Of a DNA stretch of 25,971 bases, positions 1-7,997 are shown piece by piece. Numbering within the stretch: position 1 is the first letter of the stretch; each line of letters begins with the position of its first letter. The notes below the pieces were generated by a model that saw nothing but the letters and a program-made list of their open reading frames with translations, searched no databases and was not told the origin of the DNA. Origin of the DNA: a virus (taxonomy: Duplodnaviria; Caudoviricetes); IMG/VR virus record IMGVR_UViG_3300006029_000079, positions 1-25,971 of that record. One strand, 5' to 3'. The position numbers were made by a program, and so were the translations under genes.

Positions 1-2
1 GG

Positions 3-608
3 GGTAGTAAGTATTCTAAACAACCTAGTGAGAATATTAAAGGGGGTAGTAAGTATTCTAAACAACCTAGTGAGAATATTAAAGGGGGTAGTGAGAATAT
101 TAAAGGGGGGTATTTAGAAAATGATGATGATAATAATACAAGTATTAATAATACAGATAATAATACAATTAATAATACAATAAGAGAAAAGGAAAATCTT
201 TCTCAAATTGAAAAATTAAAAGCAGACTTAAAAAAAGAAAAAGTATCTGAATGGAGCAAAGCAAAAGAGGTCCTAATGTATCTGAATGAAGCAACAGGGG
301 CAACCTATCCACTTAATGCCAATGTGGCCAGAAAAATACATGATTTAATTATAGGGGGAACTGAAGTGCAGAGCATGAAAAATGTGATTGATTTGAAAAT
401 AAAACAATGGACTGGCAAAAAATATGAAACGAACCTCACTATAAAAACCCTGTTTGGGTCAAAATTTTACGACTATGAACAGGAAGCAAAAAAAGTTGCT
501 AAAAATCCTAAACTTTTAAATCAAGAAAATGGAAAAGAAAAAAATGGTCATCAATTTGACCCAAAAAAGGCAGCAGTCCGTGAGCAGATTTTTGGAAAAG
601 TATTCTAA
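3..608 (+). CDS. Phage replication initiator protein, 5'-truncated by the window edge (conserved phage C-terminal domain type)
   Basis: The frame of the 276..608 ORF is open back to position 3 (GSKYSKQPSENIKGG...NNTSINNTDNNT...EVLMYLNEATG...VIDLKIKQW...TLFGSKFYDY). Iteron-encoded linker, Asn/Thr-rich stretch and a C-terminal YLN...TLFG.KF..Y pattern are typical of phage initiators. Confidence 0.75.
   Translation, partial: GSKYSKQPSENIKGGSKYSKQPSENIKGGSENIKGGYLENDDDNNTSINNTDNNTINNTIREKENLSQIEKLKADLKKEKVSEWSKAKEVLMYLNEATGATYPLNANVARKIHDLIIGGTEVQSMKNVIDLKIKQWTGKKYETNLTIKTLFGSKFYDYEQEAKKVAKNPKLLNQENGKEKNGHQFDPKKAAVREQIFGKVF
5..109. repeat. Five tandem 21-bp iteron-like units (probable replication origin inside the initiator gene)
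   Basis: Unit A TAGTAAGTATTCTAAACAACC at 5-25 and 47-67; unit B TAGTGAGAATATTAAAGGGGG at 26-46, 68-88 and 89-109; followed by an AT-rich TAATAATACA-repeat tract at about 130-182. Confidence 0.8.
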
Positions 609-1305
609 GTTACCAGACTTCCAAAACTGTCAGGGTATAGCCAAACAATTAGCAGCGAAAGGAATCTATGAAGAAAGTAAAGCCCTTTTAGCTTATCAAG
701 TAGGTCAAAATAAAATAGTTGCTAAAAATTTTAACGATTCCATCAACTCTAAAGAGGTTGCAACAATTGCCACAATGAAAAAATACAGGGGAGAGGGAAT
801 GACCCAATTATGGCTAACTAATTGGATTTTGCAATTAAGTAGGTTTTTTGCGGTCAAAGGGGGCATTGAAGAAAATCAGTTAGAGGTTGCAGCCGAATTA
901 ATAATTGAAGATTTTTTTTATTTCACTATAGCAGATTTTACCCTATTTGGGAAAAAAGCTATCAAAGGAGAGTTTGGGACAACTTACAACCGTTTTGACG
1001 TTCCAACGCTTTTAGAATGGTTAAATAAATACAGGGGGCAAAGGTCTCAGTATGCTATGCAGCAGAACGCCAAAAACCAAAGACAAATAGAGAGGGCAGA
1101 AAAAGCAATACCTATGCCTGAATATATAAGGGAATTTATTGGCGAATTAAAACCAAAAGAACCTAAAGAAAAGCCAACTTTTGAAAACTTGTTTAATGAT
1201 GAATTGATAAAAAAGCAATGGAAAAAAGATTTTGATTCAGAAAAACCTAAAACAGATTTCAAAACTTATTGCCAACTACAATACCAGAAATTAATAAAAA
1301 CATAA
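529..1305 (+). CDS. Putative replication protein (helicase-loader-like position; resembles DUF6633-type Bacteroidetes phage proteins)
   Basis: 258-aa ORF overlapping the initiator 3' end; motif AELIIEDFFYFTIADFTLFGKKAIKGEFG..YNRFD...LLEWL recalled from Bacteroidetes phage proteins; function inferred from synteny. Confidence 0.55.
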   Translation: MEKKKMVINLTQKRQQSVSRFLEKYSKLPDFQNCQGIAKQLAAKGIYEESKALLAYQVGQNKIVAKNFNDSINSKEVATIATMKKYRGEGMTQLWLTNWILQLSRFFAVKGGIEENQLEVAAELIIEDFFYFTIADFTLFGKKAIKGEFGTTYNRFDVPTLLEWLNKYRGQRSQYAMQQNAKNQRQIERAEKAIPMPEYIREFIGELKPKEPKEKPTFENLFNDELIKKQWKKDFDSEKPKTDFKTYCQLQYQKLIKT

Positions 1306-1307
1306 CT

Positions 1308-1598
1308 ATGTCAAAAATCAGAACCATACAAGAAAATACAGCAGTTGAAAAAGTGAAGTTGTGGACCAGGTTTAATGCAAATACTAAAACTATCCAGCGA
1401 TTACAGGCAGAAAATAAAACAATTGAATCTGATTTGGCACAACTAGAAAAGCGCCCTTATAACTATTTTCTGGTCAAACAAAAGCTGAAAGCAGATGTGC
1501 AACAGGCGCAAGTGTGGGCAAAAGAATTGACTGATAGCTGGCAAGAAAAATACAACTTAGGCAACCTGAAAGCTGAATTTAATAAAATACCATTATAA
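1308..1598 (+). CDS. Hypothetical coiled-coil protein
   Basis: ATG at 1308, 2 nt after the upstream stop; helical/heptad composition. Confidence 0.65.
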   Translation: MSKIRTIQENTAVEKVKLWTRFNANTKTIQRLQAENKTIESDLAQLEKRPYNYFLVKQKLKADVQQAQVWAKELTDSWQEKYNLGNLKAEFNKIPL

Positions 1599-1611
1599 AG
1601 ATTTTGTTCAC

Positions 1612-1641
1612 CTGAACCCAAAAGAGGGTACAGTTTTTTTT
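1612..1641 (+). terminator. Possible intrinsic terminator
   Basis: CTGAACCC-AAAAGA-GGGTACAG stem (one mismatch) followed by T8. Confidence 0.45.
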
Positions 1642-1709
1642 AACCCGTTTTAGATTTTTATTTCTAAGTCGAGTTTTCTTTTCTCTCAAAAATGTTTGTT
1701 TATAATTTT

Positions 1710-1744
1710 CAGGGGTTGAATTGTCCGTTTGACCCCTGTTTTTT
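1710..1744 (+). terminator. Possible intrinsic terminator
   Basis: CAGGGGT...ACCCCTG stem followed by T6. Confidence 0.5.
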
Positions 1745-1752
1745 CAAAAGGA

Positions 1753-1950
1753 ATGAAAAGCCCAAAATACATAATTATTTGCAATTCCAAATACAAAGTA
1801 GTTAAGAAGCTGCCTAAAGGGTTTTTGCTAGTAAAAAGGGTTTTGATTTGTTTACCTGCATTCATTCCAGACAGCGAAGATAAGCAGCCAACCTTTCAAC
1901 TAAAGTACCCAATTAAGAATAAATTTTTAAGAATTATCGAACTGTTTTAA
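1753..1950 (+). CDS. Hypothetical small protein
   Basis: ATG at 1753 just after the hairpin; ends 12 nt before the methyltransferase. Confidence 0.45.
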   Translation: MKSPKYIIICNSKYKVVKKLPKGFLLVKRVLICLPAFIPDSEDKQPTFQLKYPIKNKFLRIIELF

Positions 1951-1962
1951 AAATAAATTAAT

Positions 1963-3060
1963 GTGCAAATAGCGACAAAACATAAATTCCCTTATAACTG
2001 GACCTTAGCAAATGGCTATCCAGCTAAAGGAATAGAGGACCACAAAAGCAAGGTTTTTTCTTGCTTTTGCGGTGGTGGTGGGTCTACAATGGGGTATAAG
2101 CTGGCAGGTTATGATGTGATTGGATGCAATGAAATAGACCAAAAAATGATGATGGCTTACCAGATGAACCACCAACCCAAATACGCTGCTTTAGAACCTA
2201 TACAGACTTTTAAATTAAGAAAAGATTTACCAGAAAGTTTGTACAATCTGGATATACTAGACGGGTCCCCCCCCTGTTCTAGTTTTTCAGAGGCAGGGAG
2301 CAGGGAAAAAGATTGGGGCAAAGAAAAGCGATTTAGAGAGGGACAAGCAAAACAGATTTTAGATACTTTGTTTTTTGACTTCTTAGAATTAGCTAAAGAA
2401 TTGCAGCCTAAAACAATAATAGCTGAAAATGTTACAGGGATTCTAAAAGGAAACGCTTTTGAATATTCAAAAAAGATAGTACAAGCTTTTTTGAAGGCAG
2501 GGTACAAAGTGAAAGTATTTACTTTAGATGCTTCTAAAATGGGTGTACCTCAAAAGAGAAAAAGAGTTTTTTTTATTGGGGTTCGGAATGATATTGCAGC
2601 AAGATTGCCTGTTGATAATTTCACTTTATTCAATGATTTTCCTGCTTTCAATTTAGTGTTCAATGAAAAAGAAATAACACTAAGCGAAATAAAACACAAT
2701 TGTCATACCAGACCAGTTAATGGAAAAATACTAAGGCTTTTAAATGAAGCAAGGAAAGGAGAAAGAGACCTAAGACATGCCTGCAAAAGAATAGAGGGGA
2801 AAGGGAATAATTTTGCCTGTTCTTTGCTTTATGAAAATGAAGCAATCAGAACAATTTTAGCACAAGATAGAATGATAGTTTTTAATGAAAAAAGACAGCT
2901 ATCAGATATTGAATACATAAGGGGTGGTGCATTTCCTAGTGATTACAATTTTATGAATAATTCGGTGAATTACGTAATTGGTATGTCTGTACCACCTGTT
3001 ATGATAGCGCAGATAGCAGACCGAATTTTTAACCAATGGCTCAAAGGCTTAAAACTGTAA
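1963..3060 (+). CDS. DNA (cytosine-5)-methyltransferase, apparently orphan
   Basis: Motif I FSCFCGGGG, motif IV ILDGSPPCSSFS, motif VI IIAENV, motif VIII PQKRKRVFFIG, motif X-like IGMSVPP; GTG start. Confidence 0.95.
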   Translation: MQIATKHKFPYNWTLANGYPAKGIEDHKSKVFSCFCGGGGSTMGYKLAGYDVIGCNEIDQKMMMAYQMNHQPKYAALEPIQTFKLRKDLPESLYNLDILDGSPPCSSFSEAGSREKDWGKEKRFREGQAKQILDTLFFDFLELAKELQPKTIIAENVTGILKGNAFEYSKKIVQAFLKAGYKVKVFTLDASKMGVPQKRKRVFFIGVRNDIAARLPVDNFTLFNDFPAFNLVFNEKEITLSEIKHNCHTRPVNGKILRLLNEARKGERDLRHACKRIEGKGNNFACSLLYENEAIRTILAQDRMIVFNEKRQLSDIEYIRGGAFPSDYNFMNNSVNYVIGMSVPPVMIAQIADRIFNQWLKGLKL

Positions 3061-3063
3061 CCT

Positions 3064-3534
3064 ATGAAAACACTAACATCAAAAGAGTTCATCAAACAGA
3101 ACCAAACCAGAACCGCAAAAAAGATAAAAACAACAGGTTCAAATCAACTGACAAAAAATGCAATTCAATTTTTAACCCTGAATGGCTTTGTATGTTTTAG
3201 AAATAATGTTACGGGCATTTTTGACACTAAACAGGCAGCAGCTAAATTGGCAAACAAAAACCTGCCTATTTCAACAGTTATCAAAATACTTTCTTCCTGC
3301 TATAGAAAAAGCCACGAAAGGAAAGGGGTTGCAGATATTATCGGCTTCCAGAAAAAAACGGGGGTATTCTTAGCTATTGAAATCAAATTTGGAAAAGACA
3401 AACTGAGTGCAGACCAAATAAACTTTTTGACTGAAGTAGTAAAAAACGGGGGTATAGCCATAGTGGCCAAAACATTTGACCAATTTGTAAAAGACCTAAA
3501 TAGTAAAACTTATTTTTCAAATATCAAAAATTAA
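3064..3534 (+). CDS. VRR-NUC family PD-(D/E)xK nuclease (Holliday junction resolvase-like)
   Basis: KGVADIIG...FLAIEIKFGKDKLSADQINFL...GGIAIVA is the canonical VRR-NUC signature. Confidence 0.85.
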   Translation: MKTLTSKEFIKQNQTRTAKKIKTTGSNQLTKNAIQFLTLNGFVCFRNNVTGIFDTKQAAAKLANKNLPISTVIKILSSCYRKSHERKGVADIIGFQKKTGVFLAIEIKFGKDKLSADQINFLTEVVKNGGIAIVAKTFDQFVKDLNSKTYFSNIKN

Positions 3535-3539
3535 TTATT

Positions 3540-3800
3540 ATGAATCGCAAAATCTATCAACTTTGTTTAGACAATTTCGCAGCTTTTATAGGTAGTGTTA
3601 TTCACACTTACTTAGATGCGCACTACAAAAACCCTAAAATGGTCACTTTCTTAGATATGCCAGACGGGAAGTGCTACAAACTTTCGTATGTAGAAATTGA
3701 CCCCCACATTAGCATCATGGCAAAAGAAGAAGCGAAGTATCAAGCCCTGAACCAACCCACAACCGAAAAAGCGAACACAAAAGCCTTTTGCTCAAATTAG
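3540..3800 (+). CDS. Hypothetical protein
   Basis: ORF closely packed in the operon. Confidence 0.6.
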   Translation: MNRKIYQLCLDNFAAFIGSVIHTYLDAHYKNPKMVTFLDMPDGKCYKLSYVEIDPHISIMAKEEAKYQALNQPTTEKANTKAFCSN

Positions 3801-3926
3801 GCGTTTTAAGCGACTTTTATATTTAATCCTTACAATGTGCCAGTAAGAATTAAATATTACCCCCTGACTAAAACGTATGCCTTAAATATTCAATTTTCAG
3901 TATCAATTAATCTAAAAATATTCATT

Positions 3927-4319
3927 ATGGCAGAAAATAAGGAAATAGCAAAGCGAATAAAAGGGCTGTCCAAAGCTGTCAAACATCACCACCAGATAAT
4001 AAGTAAATGTGATTTTTTTAGCCTTTTTGGAGCAGAAGTAAAAGAAGTTAATAAAAAAATCAATGGGGTAGAAGTGAGGGGAAAATGTCAAACCCTATTG
4101 CCCCCCAAGGAGCGAAGGGCGCTATTCTGGAAACTATTAAACAACTTAGTCAGGGCAAAGTGGCAAATGGAATTGAAGCCGCTAAGGGGTAATGATTACG
4201 ATTTGTTGTTGATTGAACAAAAAACAAAACTTACCAGTAAGACCGCAAAAAAATGGAACAAATGGTTGTTTGCTTGGAGGGATAAAAAGCCAGCAAAAAC
4301 CATATTTATTAATACTTAA
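3927..4319 (+). CDS. Hypothetical basic protein
   Basis: ATG at 3927 after an AT-rich leader (ATTCATT-ATG) preferred over the track start at 3837. Confidence 0.6.
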   Translation: MAENKEIAKRIKGLSKAVKHHHQIISKCDFFSLFGAEVKEVNKKINGVEVRGKCQTLLPPKERRALFWKLLNNLVRAKWQMELKPLRGNDYDLLLIEQKTKLTSKTAKKWNKWLFAWRDKKPAKTIFINT

Positions 4320-4329
4320 AATCAACATC

Positions 4330-4668
4330 ATGGCAGGAGCTAACAACGCAAAAACAAAGCTATCTTTAGAGCAGCGACAAACCAAAAACGCTGCCTACAA
4401 ATTGAATAGAATTGATAACGAAAAATTGAAAGCAGGTATTCTTTGCCTATTGTCAACCGATTTTCAAACGATTGTAAAAATAACGAAAGGGAACAAAAAA
4501 ACCATTTTTCAAAAGGTCAATATAAGCAGATTGAAAAGTGTTTTAGCAGAAATGAAAGAAAAGAAAAAGATTGATTGGATTGACCACGATATTAGCGTTT
4601 TTATCAAAATAAGGGATTTAGACCCCAAAAAAATAAACTCAAAAGATGAAATCAAAGCACCCCATTGA
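4330..4668 (+). CDS. Hypothetical basic protein
   Basis: ATG at 4330, 10 nt after the upstream stop. Confidence 0.6.
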   Translation: MAGANNAKTKLSLEQRQTKNAAYKLNRIDNEKLKAGILCLLSTDFQTIVKITKGNKKTIFQKVNISRLKSVLAEMKEKKKIDWIDHDISVFIKIRDLDPKKINSKDEIKAPH

Positions 4669-4882
4669 AGTCTGCATAAACCCAGAAAAACAATGTATAT
4701 TTGAAAAGCAAATGCAAAAATTCAAATGGTTCTCAATAGAAACAGGAGCAGAAAAAACTTTATTAATGCCCTCTTTTGACCACAAATACAAAATTAATTT
4801 TTGCCCTTTTTGTGGGGCAGATACAACAGACTTAGTAATTAAGGAAAAAGATTTTTTAGACATCGTAAATCTAAAATTATGA
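4646..4882 (+). CDS. Hypothetical protein with CPFCG zinc-ribbon-like motif
   Basis: INFCPFCG near the C-terminus plus N-terminal Cys residues; ATGA overlap with the next gene. Confidence 0.7.
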   Translation: MKSKHPIEVCINPEKQCIFEKQMQKFKWFSIETGAEKTLLMPSFDHKYKINFCPFCGADTTDLVIKEKDFLDIVNLKL

Positions 4883-5340
4883 AATCAGAACAGTTTTTTA
4901 AAAAATCAAGTTACGCCAATTTTGTACAGGATAAGTTTGATAAAAGTATTGCTAAGTTTACTTACTATGATATGATTGAATTTGCAGAAGAGTATGCAGG
5001 GGTAAAGCTGGCAGTTTTGGATAGGGAAAAAAAAGAGCAGTTACCTACTAATGAAAAAGGAGCAGGTAAAAAATACTATATAAGAACGTATGGTTTTTTA
5101 GACAGCGCAGTTTATTGGTGGGCAAAAGATAAAGAGGGGTACACCTACGATATTACCAAGGCAGGAAAATACAGCAGGGCAGAGGCAGAAGAAATTTGCA
5201 AAAATAGCTATTTAGAAACCGCTTATTTATGTACTATTATTGACAATTTGAAATCTGCACACAAAAGAATTATTGATTTTCAATATTTAAGTATAGAACA
5301 CATGGCCTTTAATTTACAAACTCTTTCAAGGATTAAATAA
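4879..5340 (+). CDS. Hypothetical phage protein
   Basis: Translationally coupled ORF; WWAKDKEGYTYDITKAGKYS segment resembles small phage accessory domains. Confidence 0.7.
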   Translation: MKSEQFFKKSSYANFVQDKFDKSIAKFTYYDMIEFAEEYAGVKLAVLDREKKEQLPTNEKGAGKKYYIRTYGFLDSAVYWWAKDKEGYTYDITKAGKYSRAEAEEICKNSYLETAYLCTIIDNLKSAHKRIIDFQYLSIEHMAFNLQTLSRIK

Positions 5341-5351
5341 AAACTAAACTT

Positions 5352-5555
5352 ATGCACGATGACAGTATTATGTATTTTGGAAAACATGAGGGGGTGAAGC
5401 TAAAGAATATACCAGATAGGTATTTCATGTATTTATACCATAAAGCTAACATACGAGAAAATTCAAAAGATTTGGCGCTTACTATGTATATAGAAAATCA
5501 TTTTGATGTATGGAAAAGAAAAAGGTATAAAGATTTACCACAACAAAAGGAATAA
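5352..5555 (+). CDS. DUF3820/QSregVF_b-like small protein
   Basis: MYFGKHEGVKLKNIPDRYFMYL matches the MPFGKYKG..l.diP..YL.W pattern. Confidence 0.75.
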   Translation: MHDDSIMYFGKHEGVKLKNIPDRYFMYLYHKANIRENSKDLALTMYIENHFDVWKRKRYKDLPQQKE

Positions 5556-5565
5556 AACTTATTTG

Positions 5566-5623
5566 AATAAAGTTGGGGGTGACTTGGATAAAATTTAACC
5601 AAAGTTACCCCCAATTTATTTTT
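5566..5623 (+). terminator. Long imperfect hairpin/terminator ending the early operon
   Basis: AATAAAGTTGGGGGTGACTTGG...CCAAAGTTACCCCCAATTTATT followed by TTT. Confidence 0.65.
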
Positions 5624-5663
5624 CCCTTACTTTTACTGCTTATTTAGTTAGTATGTTTTAAGT

Positions 5664-5940
5664 AGGCTTAAAACTATCACAAAAAGCCTTAATATTGTAC
5701 TTTGGTGATACTTTACATTAATCCAAGCCTTTCAAACACTCACATAAACCCAATGAAATCAAGGGTTTACGCTCTTTTTTCTTTCTTTTTGTTGTAGGTA
5801 TCACAGAACTATCACAGATTCAATATATTTAATATTTAATCAAAAAAAAGTAATTTAATTATGTATTTGAATATTTTTAGAGTAATTTTAGATTCAAATT
5901 AGAGATACTTTAAAAATTAAGTGATACTTTTTTAATACTT
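5664..5940. promoter_or_regulatory. Cluster of G(T/A)GATAC/TATCAC repeats with a central inverted repeat (attP arm sites, operators or origin-like)
   Basis: AACTATCACA 5672-5681, GTGATACTTT 5705-5714, TAAACCC-N11-GGGTTTA 5745-5769, TATCACAGA x2 at 5799-5807 and 5810-5818, GAGATACTTT 5902-5911, GTGATACTTT 5921-5930. Confidence 0.55.
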
Positions 5941-5953
5941 ATAAAATTTTTTC

Positions 5954-7675
5954 ATGAAAACTTTAAAAGACTTAACGCCCGCAATTCGGGCGAAAATTCC
6001 AGCTTATAAAGAATTGGCCACAAAAAACCTTTATAACGGCGAAGAACACAAAACCAATAAGCGAAGCGACACAGTAAAGTACATCGAGAAAATATACGAA
6101 ATAGCAGGATTAAAAAAACCCGCCGTTATTATAGCAAAAAATCCTTATGCTTATAAGGTGTTTTTTGAGTGTGTTAAAAGGAAAGAAAAGACAATTAAAT
6201 TTATCTACGGTAAAAAAAATAGGTCCGTATTGTTGCACAGCGAATTGCACAGCGAATTGAGCAGCGAATTGCGCAGCGAATTGCACAGCGATTTGGTCAG
6301 GGAATTGGACAGGGAATTGAGCAGGGAGTTGGACAGGGAATTGGACAGGGAATTGGACAGGGAATTGCGCAGGGAATTGCGCAGGGAATTGCACAGCGAA
6401 TTGGACAGGGAATTCAATAGCGAATTGCACAGCGAATTGGACAGGGAATTGAATAGCGAATTGGACAGGGAATTGAATAGCGAATTGGACAGGGAATTGG
6501 TCAGCGAATTGGACAGGGAATTCAATAGCGAATTGCACAGCGAATTGGACAGGGAATTGAATAGCGAATTGGACAGGGAATTGGTCAGCGAATTGGTCAG
6601 CGAATTGGACAGGGAATTGGACAGGGAATTGGACAGGGAATTGCGCAGGGAATTGGACAGGGAATTGCGCAGGGAATTGCACAGCGAATTGGACAGGGAA
6701 TTCAATAGCGAATTGGACAGGGAATTGGTCAGGGAATTGAATAGCGAATTGGACAGGGAATTGAATAGCGAATTGGACAGGGAATTGAGCAGCGAATTGC
6801 ACAGGGAGTTGGACAGCGAATTGCGCAGGGAGTTGGACAGGGGAAAAACTAGGTCACATTGGTTGTTTTTATCTAATATTTATACCAGAGTTTATTTAAT
6901 GTGGTATAAATTTCTAAAAGATGAATTTAAGCTAGAAACAAAAAAAGCTAAAGAATTAGATTGCTTATATAGCTTAATTAATAAAACTTTTATTAGTCGC
7001 TGTTTTTTTACAAAGGGGTATGTTTTAGTTTTAAAAACGCCAACTAAGATAACCAGAAACGAAACCAGTTTGCACAGTATAAGTCAGGCGGCTATACAAT
7101 TCCAAGGGGGGTATAATATGTATTATAGTAATGGGGTGAAACTAGAAAAAAAGGTCTGGGAGTCGATTAAAAACAAAACCTATACCCTCATACAGTACAG
7201 CACAGAAAACAACGAAGAAAAAAAGAGCGCCATAATAATGATGATTGAAGAATGTTACGGGCCATCTTATTTACTTGAATTTTTAGGAGCGAAAAAAATA
7301 GATACTTACATTAATAAAAAAGATAGTAAGTATTTAGAGGGAACGACAGGGAGCGAACAAATAGGCGTTTATACCCTTTTTGCTACTGAAAAAATGAAGT
7401 ATGTTCGTTGTTTTTGTCCCTCAACAGATAGGGTTTTTCACTTAGAAGTTGAGCCACATTACAACGATGCAAAAAATGCAATTGCTTCGCTTCTTAGAAT
7501 CCCAACCAAGCTAAAAAGTCACATTAAATCAATTCGCCGACAAGGTGAAAGGTTTTCAATTGTTTGGACAATCGAAGGAAAGGAAATAAAAAACACATTA
7601 AAAGAAAGTGATTGGCAGGATTTAAAACCAGTCAGAGGAAAAGAATATTTTGAATTAATGGAGTACGAATATTAA
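5954..7675 (+). CDS. Tetrapeptide-repeat protein with DUF6745-like C-terminal region
   Basis: N-terminus LTPAIRAKIPAY...IYEIAGLKKP, then 50 xxEL repeats, then LVLKTPTKITRN...LHS...AAIQFQGGYNMYYSNGV...N.E.K...CPSTDRVFHLEV, recalled as the DUF6745-type architecture. Confidence 0.75.
   Translation: MKTLKDLTPAIRAKIPAYKELATKNLYNGEEHKTNKRSDTVKYIEKIYEIAGLKKPAVIIAKNPYAYKVFFECVKRKEKTIKFIYGKKNRSVLLHSELHSELSSELRSELHSDLVRELDRELSRELDRELDRELDRELRRELRRELHSELDREFNSELHSELDRELNSELDRELNSELDRELVSELDREFNSELHSELDRELNSELDRELVSELVSELDRELDRELDRELRRELDRELRRELHSELDREFNSELDRELVRELNSELDRELNSELDRELSSELHRELDSELRRELDRGKTRSHWLFLSNIYTRVYLMWYKFLKDEFKLETKKAKELDCLYSLINKTFISRCFFTKGYVLVLKTPTKITRNETSLHSISQAAIQFQGGYNMYYSNGVKLEKKVWESIKNKTYTLIQYSTENNEEKKSAIIMMIEECYGPSYLLEFLGAKKIDTYINKKDSKYLEGTTGSEQIGVYTLFATEKMKYVRCFCPSTDRVFHLEVEPHYNDAKNAIASLLRIPTKLKSHIKSIRRQGERFSIVWTIEGKEIKNTLKESDWQDLKPVRGKEYFELMEYEY
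6233..6841 (+). repeat. In-frame minisatellite: 50 x 12-bp units, consensus NNN-AG(C/G)-GAA-TTG
   Basis: Counted from the translation: 50 units from 6236 (CACAGCGAATTG) to 6835; first codon GAC/CAC/AAT/CGC/GTC/AGC, second codon AGC/AGG. Confidence 0.97.
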
Positions 7676-7701
7676 TATTTAATCATAATAAAATTTTTAA
7701 A

Positions 7702-7935
7702 ATGAATACAGTATTAACCGTAAACGTAGCACCAACAAGCGAAGCAGGACATTTTGTAAAAGGAGCAACTAAAGTCGTTATGTTAGATGAAATTAACGAA
7801 ACTTTCGACATTAAAGGCACTAGTGTCTTAGAAACAAAAAAACATACAACTTTAGTAATGGAAGAAGATTGCACTATTTTTTGCCAGGTAGTTTATAACA
7901 GTAAACTAAAGCGATTAGAAAAGGCTAGAGATTAA
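7702..7935 (+). CDS. Small partner protein typically adjacent to DUF6745-type genes
   Basis: SEAGHFV...KKHTTL...CQVVYN....EKARD resembles the recalled TGH.H...HEEH..I...Q.EY....R.V.D pattern of that partner family. Confidence 0.6.
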   Translation: MNTVLTVNVAPTSEAGHFVKGATKVVMLDEINETFDIKGTSVLETKKHTTLVMEEDCTIFCQVVYNSKLKRLEKARD

Positions 7936-7940
7936 CCCCT

Positions 7941-7976
7941 ACCCTCTTTACTTGTAATTAAGTAAAGAGGGTTTTT
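7941..7976 (+). terminator. Intrinsic terminator between the partner gene and the recombinase
   Basis: Perfect 13-bp stem ACCCTCTTTACTT-GTAATT-AAGTAAAGAGGGT followed by T4. Confidence 0.8.
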
Positions 7977-7997
7977 GATACTTAAAAAAAATGACGC

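Noticed and set aside
1963-3534. Type II restriction-modification pair
   Set aside because: The nuclease has the short VRR-NUC signature common in phage replication/recombination modules, not that of a cognate restriction enzyme
6110-6802. Minus-strand ORFs 6110-6802 and 6205-6705 as real genes
   Set aside because: They consist almost entirely of the repeat and lack flanking domains; best explained as shadows of the plus-strand gene
6233-6841. CRISPR array
   Set aside because: Period is 12 bp with no unique spacers, it is in frame inside a CDS, and there are no cas genes
6200-6870. Classical invertible segment or shufflon
   Set aside because: No flanking inverted repeats seen around the array by eye
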